Positions 47,042-58,876 of a DNA stretch of 64,000 nt are shown here, in pieces. The notes beneath the pieces are model-generated. The model was given only the letters and a program-made list of their open reading frames with translations, had not been told where the DNA came from and did not search any database. A program made the position numbers and the translations under genes. The first letter of the stretch is position 1; each line of letters begins with the position of its first letter. Location of the stretch: positions 1 through 64,000 of the forward strand of contig JABANN010000015.1 of NCBI GenBank assembly GCA_013115125.1, read 5' to 3'. The DNA comes from Perkinsus olseni. Lineage: Eukaryota.

Positions 47042-49580
47042 TTGCTCGAGAAGTGTGGGACAGCCAAGTCGGTCATCAAGGCTATCGCATCTACTTCGCA
47101 GCGACAACACACTCGGCCCCTTCCCCCACACGCCTCCAAGCTCTCCGCCTCCTTCCAGGGCAACGCTATCACCTTCTCAGTGGGCGGCTTCTACGCCATA
47201 GCCCTCACGGTTGTGGCCTCGACCCTCTTATCCTACATGATGATGGAAAAGACGACGAAGATCAAAGAACAGCTGTATGTCAGCGGCTGCGGCCTGCTCC
47301 CGTACTGGGCCACGAGCTGGGTCTTCGACTTCTTCTTCTCCCTCATCGCCGTCTGTCTCACCTTCATCCCTCTGCAAGTCTACGGTATCGACATCTACCT
47401 CAAGGAGGAGAATCAGGCTGCCGTGTGGGCGCTTCTGGTCGGCTTCTGCTTCGCGACCCCGCCGTTCAATTACCTCATCAGTCTAGTGGCCCGCACTAGC
47501 ACGATAGCTACTTACATGAGGATCGCTGCGTCAATCCTTGCTGGTTTGGTTGGCTCCTTCGGAGTGTCTGTTCTGTTTTACTCGGGAATATCTCCGAGGA
47601 TAGGATACGTCTTGATGTGGATTCTGAGGGTCTTCCCAACCTACTCAGTGGCGCAGGGCCTGACCAGCCTCTTTTTCACTACCTTGCAATACCTAAGCCA
47701 AACTCCTTCTAAGCCGTTCGACTCGGAGATCCTCAACACTTGCCACGATACAACACTGTACAGCATGAACGGCATGCCCTTCGACGTCTGCCTGGCTGTA
47801 GCTGGTGGTGAGGTTATCACGCTGTTCATTTATGGGGTGTTTTACTTTGTTGTGGTATTGTTCCTTGATTACGAGCTGTGCAAGAACAAGTGGAATCCAG
47901 ATCGTGAACTTGCCGTTCCTCCGGAGATGCGCGGTGTCGAGGACGACAGCGTGAAGGCGGAAAAGGAGAGAGTATCCGAGCTCGACCCATCGACCCAAAT
48001 GATCTACTTCAAGGATCTTAAGAAGGTCTACAACGAAGGAAAGAAGACCGAGGTGAGCGGATTGAAACCTGTAAGTGTATGGCTGTTGTATGATGATGTA
48101 TCAGGTATGGGCGGTGAGAGGCATCAACTACTCCCTGGCTGATGGTGGAGTCTTCGGCCTACTGGGAGTAAATGGTGCCGGCAAGACCACCACCTTCAGG
48201 ATGCTCTGTGGGTTGATAAGGCCGAGTGCTGGGTACATCAATCTTGTCGGTCGACCGTTGCAGGGCAACTTATACGAGGTGGCGAGCTTGTCGTCTCGTC
48301 ATTTCCCTAACACGGTTGTCGTATCTCAGGTCCGGAAGTCGGTGGGTTATTGCCCGCAGGAGAATCCCTTACTGCAAGGCCTCACGACGAGAGATCATCT
48401 CAACTTGTAAGGAACATCTTTCTAATCTCGTCTCATCTGTTCTATCTGCATCTAGGTATGCTCGCATACGTGGAGTGCCGCCAAAGGAGATACCCCAGCA
48501 CGTTGATGACCTGGTGAAGATCCTGAGGCTTGAGTAAGTCCTTTTGAGCCATGCCAAGCGCCATCGGGATGCTGCATTCAGGCGATATGTCGATAAGGAA
48601 GCAGTGAGGCTGTCTGGTGGCAATCAAAGGAAGGTGTGTGTTGGTATGGCCCTCGTGGGTCATCCACCCATTGTGTTCCTGGACGAGCCAACGACTGGAG
48701 TCGATCCCGAAGCTAGAAGGTAACGACGAGTACATCGTACCGAGTCCTGACGGGCATGCCGGTCATCCCATCCCAGGCGTATTTGGGACGTCATCTACAA
48801 GATAGCCTACGACCGTTGCAAGACCTCGGCAGTTATTCTCACCAGTGGTGAGTCACCACCCACAGTATGGAGGAGGCTGATGCTGTGTGTGAGACCATGG
48901 CCATCCAGGTACCTCATGTTCATCCGCTGACCACTTTAGCGACTATCTCTTTCTACGCAGGTCGATGGGCAATTCCGTTGTATCGGAACATCACAGCAGA
49001 TCAAGTCCGAGTACGGCCGCGGCTACAGGCTCTGGATGAGTTTCTCTGATGCTGCTGAAGACGAGAAGAAGCGATTGATGAAGCAGCTCCTGCAAACAGA
49101 AGATGCGAACACTTCTGCCCGTGGTGACCATGTCACCCTTACAGATGCCTATCTGACAGATCAACTCGGAAAACTAGGTGAATTCATGCTGCTGTGAAAT
49201 TGCGACGCTCCAATCTTTCTTTCTCCTCAGGTGTCAACGAACCCCGAGTCGTCGACAGCGTTCTTGCCGCGGGGACTTCGGGTGACGATTCAAGTCGAAC
49301 CTTCAACTGTGGTGCTCTGGCCTCCGCTCTCGCTCGAGCTCGTCAACACATGAGAGCGCTGAAGTGGCTTTGGCTCAATGTGTCCTCTGAGTCACGAACT
49401 CTGGAGGAAGTTGGCGAATTTTCGCTTCCGCGAGACATTGATTTAGGTTACATTTTCTCTGAGCTATCGAGTGCACGAGTAAAAGAGGAGCTCGAGATGC
49501 ACGATTTCCAACTTGCTCAAACCACCCTCGAGCAAATCTTCAATATGTTTGCCAATCGTGGCAGACAGTCTGTCCAATAA
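47042..49580 (+). pseudogene. ABCA-subfamily transporter, C-terminal half only, frameshifted
   Basis: EKTTKIKEQLYVSGCGLLPYW TM domain; Walker A GVNGAGKTT; signature LSGGNQRK; Walker [20 protein letters not shown]. The TTHSMEEA motif is broken by a +14 nt footprint at 48838-48859; no 5' half seen. Confidence 0.85.
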
Positions 49581-49779
49581 CGACGGTAGAGTTTGTCCCC
49601 TCAGCGAACTTCCCGTTCGTGTTGGGGACCATCTCTTTGTCTGTCGTTACTTCTTTTTGCGTCATAAAGTGCCTGTCGATGACAGACTGTCATTTCTGTT
49701 CTGCAAGTTACCTTGTACTGTATTGTAACTTGTATTGTGTCATAGCTGTGCCATAATTTGGCCAGTAGCTTGAGTGCCC

Positions 49780-49990
49780 ACTGTCACTCAGTATTGGATG
49801 ACTTATCCGTCCTCACTTGTCGAGGTTTTTACGCCACTCACTATTTGATGATTCATCCGTCCTCACTTTTCGAGGTGTTTCACCGTCACTGAGTTTTGTA
49901 TGACTCATTCATCCTTACTTGACAAGTGACCCTTGTTGAGGTGTTTCACCGTTGCTCAATACTGGATAATTTATCCGTCGTCAGTTGTCT
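49780..49990. repeat. Degenerate tandem repeat, ~50-nt unit, about 4 copies
   Basis: Recurring atccgtcctcactt...cgaggtgtttcaccgt. Confidence 0.8.
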
Positions 49991-50465
49991 AGATCTCTCT
50001 GTCTCCACAATAGGCTTGTGTTCCTCCAATAGAAGTGAGTGGCACTCACTGAGTGTACATCAATTCATGTAGCTCGCCATCAGCTGCATACTGATTATTT
50101 CCGACGCAGCTGTTTGGTAAGATCGTTCGATACCACGGAACGTTGAATTCGAGACTGTATGGCATCGCAATCACCATTCGAGAATTACCAACTGGGTTTC
50201 TTATTGAAGGCTATAACTCGTTACACGCCAATACATGTTGCCGCCTTCGAATTTGTATCGAGCATAGCAGCTCTGTGCCGGGTGCCGTGCTCAAGGTGCC
50301 TCGCTGCAGCAATTACTCTAGCAACACAATCCACCCGGAACCGTCTAAACATTCTTGTCATACGATACGATGTTATAGGGATAGCAGTGACAAAGTGAAT
50401 TCGCAATGATTTGAATATTAACTGAGAAGCTACGTTCGAGAAGATTACCGTCAGCGAAGCACAAA

Positions 50466-52542
50466 TCAGTCCGATGAATCGACCCGCACCGGACGGGAGC
50501 TCTTCCGGTTTCGAAGAACTGCCATCCTAGAGATCAAGGTTTCTATGTCCGAATCAATGGTGTTGATAAGAGTCGCATCCTTCTGGTCGACGTCCGGAAA
50601 TGGCAGCTCTAAGTGGGCGGACGCACGAGCCACGATCTCAGCTAGCTCGGTAGACTCAGCCAGAGGGCCTATCTCATTCTCTGACCACTCGTTGGGTTTG
50701 GGTATAGCGATCGCAACGAACACTCGAACGACAACGAAGAACTTCTCCAGGATTATTCCAACACCCAGGCGGTGAACCATGGAGGCATCCAACTCCGCCA
50801 GCGTCTCAGAGTGAACGATGAGGGTGAAGACGTTGATTGAGGCGCCGAACAAGACCATTCCATTGAACACATTGGTCCAGAAAGACCCCATTGCCTCCTT
50901 TCGAGGATACGGTCTCCTGCTCGAGTTGAGTTTGATAGCATCGAGTCGGAACTCCACCAGATCATTGACATATGCAAGAACGAAGGCGACGGGGAAAAGA
51001 GGGCCGAATGCAACCAGCTGGGCTAGTTGAACGGCCATCTCCAAGTATTCACGCCAGAGGCCCCATTCAGGAAGTGAATGCTGAGCTGCTGCTGTGAGCG
51101 GCGCGAGGTGCTTCCTCTTCGTCATGAGTCGCGCAAGCAACGTCGGGACTGCCTCGGTGAGGGCTGACACGACCTGCCTGGTAGTGAACATGACAGTAAC
51201 TTCTCGGCTCAGACGGTCAAAGTCTGAGATGACGAATGCCATCCAGATGGGCGGGACGAAGACGTTGAAGACTTCAAACATAATCACTTTCGAAACCTCC
51301 GACACCATGAAGTTGCTGTCGTCTACGTGACGCTCGATCCTGGTCAGCCAGTTGCCCAATTTCATAAAAGCCCATGAGAGGAATATGCGCACGATAGAGA
51401 AGATGACAGAGACGATCATGGGATTGACTTGATACGTCCGCTCGATGTGCAGAGTCCACATTAGCGAACCACATGACCCGAGCAGGGAAAAGGCTAGCAG
51501 TACCTGACTGAGAAGGCTGCGGCGGTAACGACCGAGCTCACGCTAAAAGCATCCAGTCCGACGACTCTAGAGAGTATATGTCGATATAGTGCCGCTCCCT
51601 ATCTGGTGACGAGACCTAACGATCGACTTCAACTCACCGCGCTGAGTAACCTCCTCAAAACCAAGCCGAAGTGCGTCGAAGAGACCGAGGCGTCGACGTA
51701 GAGGCTCTGGGTCGGGATATCTTCGAGAATCTCATCGATGGCGTGCGACCGGATGTGCTTCAGGGACGATCGTGGATTATCCCATTGCCGTTTGAGCGAC
51801 GCTCTGAAAATACATTCAAGCTCAAGTCCGAGATTTATCGCGCAACGGGAACTCACTTTTTGGTGACCCACCCCACGTCCATCAATAGCAAACCCCACAA
51901 CGTCGTCGCGACACTCATAATTATCCAACGAGTATCGCTTTCCAGAGCATTCGGGAAAGAAAGCAGAATGCCCAGGAGCGCGGGCACAGACAGCCACTTC
52001 GTATAGACCGACAAGAAGCCGAAGTAGTAGCCTACCGAGTCACCGTAATACCTGATGAGACAGTGGGCATCCTGATGGAATCTTCAAAATGAGACAAACT
52101 TTCAAATGCCCCAGAACGGCTGAGCCCCTCACATATTTAAATTCCGATAGTCCTCGAAAAGGCCGGCACTGCGTGCCTCGGTGTGCAGCGGGAAGATGTC
52201 TCCGATGATTCTAAACCGTTGTAGCACTCGGACGACCGAGACCTTGTGCAGCATGGACTCAGTTCTGTCCCTCCCGAACTTCGTTCCCTGCGGCACTCGA
52301 CTGTACTTCCCGACAGCCGCCTTCACGGCTTCTTGCAGTTCTGGCCACTCGTCCGCAGTCACCGAATAAAGATACGCAGTGGTGGCCTGTATTCCCAGTG
52401 TTCCATAAGCGTCGCCCTGGATGGGCCGGTGGAGTTTGATCAGAAGAAAGGATAGTTTGGACTTGGACGGCCGCTGTTGTGTACACTCAATGCCCCGCGT
52501 CCTCAGAGCTTCCTTCAGGCACGCGAGCAGACCCGCCGACAT
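50466..52542 (-). CDS. Anoctamin/TMEM16 family protein
   Basis: IFPLH; RYYGDSVGYYFGFL; WLTRIERH; EYLEMAVQLAQLVAFGPLFPVAFVLAYVNDLVEFRLDAIKL; RRPYP. Confidence 0.9.
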
Positions 52543-52759
52543 ACGCGACGTCAGGGTGATGCAGATCGACATCAGCAAGTAGCCTCGAGAGCTAGGCAGA
52601 CTGAGTATCCGGCCCGAGAATGGATCCCAACTCTCCGTCGGTCGATCCCTCCAACGCAGACACTACGTTAGTTTCATACAGAAACGAGCATGCAGAAACC
52701 AGAGTGAATGTTTGATTTCGGTGATGAATCGATGCCAATGAGAACAGCCTTAAAACCAA

Positions 52760-55700
52760 TCATACGGTAGCAAACTTCGGTGGCGGTGGCGGCGTTGCTC
52801 GCTCTGGCGCGCCGTTGCGCATGGGAGGTGCCACATCTTCACCCTCTTTCAAAGGCCCTCGGCGCCAGTCAGCCGCACTTATGATGCCATCTTTCTGTTG
52901 AATCCACTCGACCCACCGTCGCCAGTGGCCTCCAGTAGCGGTCATAGTCCTCACGTCACAGAAAACTACCAACCCACGACGAGCTCGGGTGAGCATAACG
53001 TTCATGCGTCGGGGATCGGCCGTGAAGCCAACTTGCCCCAAGGCATTGGACCGAACAGCGCTGAAGAATATGAGCTCCTTCTCGTGCCCTTGGAACCCAT
53101 CAACAGTGTTAACCTGAACCGCTGCTCGCTCTTCTGCAGAGAAGCGAGAGTCCTCTCGAAGGGCAGTTAACACGTGCGCCTTCTGGGCGTTGTAGGGCAC
53201 AACCAAGCCTATCTGACTCGGAGGAGTCCCATGCGTCACCGCATCATAAAGTGCGTCAAGGAGCAACTGTGCCTCCTCGCGGTTCATAAGACTGGTGCCA
53301 ACCTTGGTCTCGCCGACTCCAAGGTCCGAGGTGTCGACGAGTGCAACCCTTATCTCTGGATTCGGCCAGCGGAGTCCCGGGATGAGTGGCCGTTCGGAAA
53401 CTTCATGTTTTATCCGGTTGTCGTAGAAGTGGCTGTTTGAGAACTCGGCTATGCTCGGATGCATCCTTCGTTGGATATCCAGGAGGTGAACCGGGGCGCC
53501 TTCGCTGACGAGGCGCTCGAAGAGGCTGATGCCCAATCCCCCACTCTTCGCAGTGTTGCAATGGACGGTCGCCGGAAGTTGCTTGTGATCACCTGATGAT
53601 AATATGATTTAGTCCTACGCAGCAATCAGCTGATCAGTTGAGGAGCTCGAGAAAGGCGAACGTACTTACCCAGTAGAACGCAGCGCTTCGCTCCGCGAGC
53701 CAGCGGTACAAGGCTAGCAGGCTCCGTTGCCTGCGTACACTCGTCTATGACGACGGACTCGAAATCCACCGAGTCCAGGAGTTGATGACCACTTCCAATA
53801 CATGTAGCGACTAGAACTTGGTACCTTGCAAAGGGAAGTCGAGTAGCATTAATCTGCTTCGATGACTCGACTTACTCATCCACAGCAGCCTTGTCAATTC
53901 TCTGCCTGAAATACGGCAGCTTATGTATATCGCCCAGAATCAAGGCTCGCCTATAGTCGCGGACAGCGCGTGTACCTTTGGGACCAAAGAACATGGCAGC
54001 TGCCGTTCTCCGTGAGCTTTCATACCTTCAAGTTTCCTCAAAACGTCATCGGCAACCTCTCGAGTTCCCCCTTCCGTCTCTTGAGCTCGGCCAACTCTGT
54101 AGCACTCTATTCCGGCTTTGACCATGAGGGCGCGGATGTTGTCTGCCGCCGCGTTAGAGTCCGCCACAACCAAAACTTTTCCCTCGCCTAAGAGAGAGCA
54201 CGCGAAAATTAGTGATCTTCGAGAGTTCGAGCGCTCACCATTGGCCGTGATCTTGTTCGAGACCCAGTGTTTGACGAGAGCAACAGCTGTATGGGTTTTG
54301 CCTGTTCCCGGAGGGCCCTGGATCAGTGTTATGGCAGTCGCCCAAGATGCGCGTATCTGGCACACACCGGGGGTCCATGGAGACCTGTGAGAGAGACAAT
54401 GGCCTACGGCGTTGAGTTGGGCGTCTGTCAGAGGCATATCTAGATCAACGACATCATCCATAGCGGGAGATCCTGCTGCCCCGGTGCCCAGCAATGCGTC
54501 TTTCATAGCGGGATCGAAGTAGTAACTACAGTCAATGGACGAGCAGACTTGCCAACACTACATGACGAGTAGGTTGACTCACGGTTGTCTGCCTGGCTCG
54601 GTACCCTGCGCTATACCGACTCCTGTGTTTACAAACATAGCGTCATCGCACTTTGGCGTATCATAGAGGGCTCGGAGAGCATCACACATGCGAGCGTAAC
54701 TGAGAAATTTATGGTCTGCCGTATTGTACGATACCCACATCAGATTTTTCCATTGTTACAAGGCTTCGGACGGACGCGTGAAGGATAAATCCGGTTGCGC
54801 AGAACGAGTGAGGATGCTCTATGCTGTATAAAGACTCTACAAGCATACACAACATGGAGCCAAGATATCATAAACAAAACGCTCCACGATGGGATCGAAC
54901 CACCGACCTTGTGGTTAACAGCCACACGCTCTGCCTGCTGAGCTAGCGGAGCCATGAAGTGTATGGCATGAACTACTCCATGCAAGGAACACGGAGCGGG
55001 TTCGAAGGGGCAGTTAGGAATAAAATACTCCGTCTCCCTCCGCCTGGCGGAGTCCGCCAATATACATTCAGGAATATTCTCACGTGACATTCGTGTCATC
55101 CAGAAAGAGGCAATTGAGCTCCTCGTTCGCCATCAAATTCTTCGCTCCCAAACGAGCATCGTACTCCGCCTCCTAAGGGAAACCTCAGATACCTGAACTC
55201 GTCTCAAGAACCCTGCAATGCCATCCTACCTTGCTCGCTAGCTTTAGTGTAACTGTCGTCGTGCCAGTGTCAATGTCGCGTTTGGCGCTTGTTACAACAC
55301 CAAGCACCTGCACAGCACTTTTGACAGCGAAAGACGCGATGCCCTCAATGAGGTACTGCCACGGATTCGCCGGATGCATCCAAGCGGAACTCCTCATCGG
55401 CCGAGAAGAGAACAACCATCGAGTCGGCGCCCATATCGTGATCAGCCGCGAGGTCTGTGGGTACCGAGACTTGGACAATTCTGCAACGGCACACAGTTAA
55501 AGGAAGCGAGAGGCTCTATGGCAACTCACGGCAGCACGCAGCTCTTCATCTGGACTCTAACAGGCCGGATTCCTAGCTCCTGCCTTTCGGTTAGAGCACG
55601 TCTGATGACCCCAATACGCTCTGATGCCAGCAAGCCACGCCACTTCGCCCATGTCGAGCCTGTCCATCGAAGAGTTGAGACCGCGCCAGCCCGAACCAAG

Positions 55701-58475
55701 ATGCTCGTTCCCCTTACTGTGCTCGTTCCAAACCTCACACTTAGCAGACCTCAGGAACTGCTGCAAGACACCGGTGCTATACACGAAGTCTGAGCAGAAC
55801 GGGCACACACTGGAGTGCCCCAGAAGACTCGTGTACGCCATCTACTCTCCACTATGGGTGGAATTGTCAACTTCACACAGTAGACAAGACTGGTGTAGGG
55901 CCGATGCAAAGTGGGTGTGGAGAGTGGCACGGCAGTCAATCGGCGCGTGTAGAACAACAAGGCTCACCTGTCAAGTTGGAGCACTCATCAACCATCGCCT
56001 CCCAGAGGTACACGGGAACGCCATCGACTTGGGTTCCTGAACCGGCGACCACTCGCACCTTCCGTTCAACGCTTCGTTGGGGTCCCTTGATCTCGGGATT
56101 CCCGGGCCACTCACTGGTTTCAAGTGCCAGCAACAGGTTCTCGACCATGGTAGTGTCACCATTCGCTAGGACTGCTCTCCACACATTGAGCAGGAACAAC
56201 GTCCACACGTGCGTCTGAAGGAACGCCACTACGATCTGCTATAACACCGAATGGTCGACGAAGTTTGTCACCCACCACAAGAAAATCTGGCGGTCTTTCG
56301 GGGGCATCAGTGAATCAAGGAAAAGCGGGCACGTTCAATCCCCAAGCACCTTCCTACCGGAGTCTCGCCTATCGCCTCCGCCGCCTTCTGTACAGCTTGA
56401 TCAATGTTACACGATATGACCATGCCATTGATGGTGTCCGCCAGTCTCCATTGCTCGGCCGAGATCGGCTGCAATGCGCCATATTTTTCCAACATCAAAC
56501 GGCCTGCGAGCAAGAGCTGAGCACCGTAGGAGAGAAACCAGGCGTAGGTCCTACAGGCCTCGGCTTTGGCTATCTTCTGATTCGCTGCTATCCCGTTGGT
56601 TGAGGAAGACTCTGAGGGAGAGGCCAGTAGTGACCAACAGATGACGATACTCGAGTGCGACAGCGCGGCTACTCGGAACGAAGGAGACGACCGACTACCG
56701 TCTTGAGCGCTTGGAGGTCCGCGGGTCACCCTCCGAGACCCAGTGAGTGAGCTAGAGTTCAGCCAAACTGCCGAGACATCCAGATCGATTCGACCGCTTC
56801 CTGTACTACTTTTCCTGGGGTTTCCGGGGCCATCCTCACGCGAGTACCAGGACCACTCGCAAGTTGCAAGATACCCGAGCTCATGCGGGACGACCACGAG
56901 ATTCGACCGGAGCTGCACCACCGGGTTGTGGAACAGACGCTGCGTCTGGGAATGAGCGCGTCGCCGCCATCGACATGCGCCGCAAACATTTGTTTACTAT
57001 TACCATGTAGTTGTGCGCTATCATAATCTCCGACGCCTGCTTCTGTGACAACATACTCGCCGTCCCCGCCGACGCCGCCTCGAGGTCTGCCGCCATTCGA
57101 GCTGCCTCCGCCTGATGATCGAGCTGCTTCCAGCGGCAATGCAGCAAGAGCTCAGGAGCACAGCACCGAGTGCGGAGCGAGTCCATACCGGATCGAGCCT
57201 CATCACAGCCGAGCACAGGAGCGGCCCCCAACCCCCTATTTACCTTCTGCAATTCGTGCCTTCTCTGTACTTGCGCCACGGCAGCCTGCTCTCTGGAGGG
57301 CGCAGCAGCTAGATAGACATCCTGCAGTGCTCTGACCTCAGCCTCGTCTCTAGTGCTGCCGCTACCTGGTACGTCGAGATCTCGGACGGCTTTGTCGGAG
57401 AGCAAATGCCTACCGCGGCCGATCCACTGCCTGCTGGGATCCTCGATGTCTGTCCACTCGACGTGGCAGGTTTTCAAACCAGAGGCAGTAACGGGTGAAT
57501 GGCTGATGTCCTGTTTCACCTGAAGCAAGTAAAGACAGCACGATGGTAATATACAGAGCCAGGTAAAATTGAAACCCCATTCGCCCTTCTAGACACTCCG
57601 ACCAGAAGAATCCACGATATAACTAGGGCAGGAGCCCCAGCCTGAACCCTACATACGCATTACAAATCTCAATACGAGGACCAGAGGTCATTTTCTACGG
57701 AGAAAATAGTACTATCAGATCTCTTTGCTTACCGCTCCCGAAGCCACGACTTGAGTCCCGATTCATCTACTACCCCAAGGAGGTTAGCCAAGGTGCCGGC
57801 CATTTGCCTCCACATGACGCCCAGGCTCTTATCGTGCTGCGGCAAGGCCTTCATGATCTTCCGTACCGCATCCTTCTTAGCGCCTTTCTTGCTGCGATCA
57901 ACTCCATCGGCCGTTAGCGTCTCCAAAGTATTGCCGAATGTCCACGAGATTGTAGTACGGAACCTGAAACTTGTAAGACTGTTGTGGAAGAGTAGGTATG
58001 AAACTAGCAGGACGAGTGGAGGGGTCTGGTGAAGCGCAGACGGTTGCCCACGCAAAAGTAGCAAAAAAAGCCACGGGCGATGGGCGCATGCTTCTGATGT
58101 ATTGCATCATAGTCGCGAAGATATCTGATTGCCTTGAGCAAATAGATGGTGGCTTCAGTCGCAAAGCGAATGGAGAGAAGATCCCAGGACACGACAGTCG
58201 TCGTGGTGGTAACGTTAGACTTACTGTCCTCTGCTCAGCTCTGATTTCTCGCTGACCATTATATTAGGCATCTCCTGCCTGTGCACAGCATAGAGGTTAA
58301 TTATCATATCATCTCGGTACATATCCGGGTGATGGTAAGTCGGAATGTCCGCAGCAGCAGCAGCAGCAGCGACCGAGGCGAAGCGTCTCAGCCTGGTCAA
58401 AGGCAACCTCTGGAACTTCGCGCCACTTACGACCAAGGCTTCACGAGAGACCAGGCTGCGTAAATTGCTCAGCAT
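52760..58475 (-). CDS. UPF1-like superfamily 1 helicase with N-terminal dsRBD-like motifs and a putative mitochondrial presequence
   Basis: IQGPPGTGKT; SNAAADN; VVIDECTQATEP; GDHKQLP; SLFERL; QRRMHPSI; TVDGFQGHEK; RRMNVMLTRARR. Linking the N-terminal exons (56200-58475) to the helicase is inferred from continuous exon-intron structure. Confidence 0.85.
54880..54952 (-). tRNA. tRNA-Asn (GTT), inside an intron of the helicase gene
   Basis: GCTCCGCTAGCTCAGCAGGCAGAGCGTGTGGCT-GTT-AACCACAAGGTCGGTGGTTCGATCCCATCGTGGAGCG followed by TTTT. Confidence 0.95.
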
Positions 58476-58876
58476 GAGGATGAAAACAAACTACAGCGGA
58501 AACCTCAGATTCCCACGCGAGCCTAGCTGGGTCCGAATCAGGAAAGAACGCTGCTGAGAATCGCTGAGAGTACTTGCCCCGCCATATCACTTCGCGCGAT
58601 GGCAAGAGTGATTGCTCTGGAAGACAACGGGAAGACCTCTCCGTGGGAGGCCCTTCAACCATTCACGGCGATTATGCTTTACGCCGCCGAGAGCTTGTCA
58701 ACGAGGACTGCTCAGCACCTCCTACGTACGGAGGGAGCTCTCGTAGGGCGGCGATTTTTCGAAGGGCTACAACGCTGTGGAGATGTGATAACCAAACCCT
58801 TTGTTCCCTTGTGTAACATAACGTGGCACCGTAAAGGTAAGTTTTGAAACTATAATCCACAGTATCAACGTACCGC

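Noticed and set aside
49780-49990. Regularly spaced repeats read as a CRISPR array
   Set aside because: Whole units are degenerate copies with no unique spacers; eukaryotic context and no cas genes.
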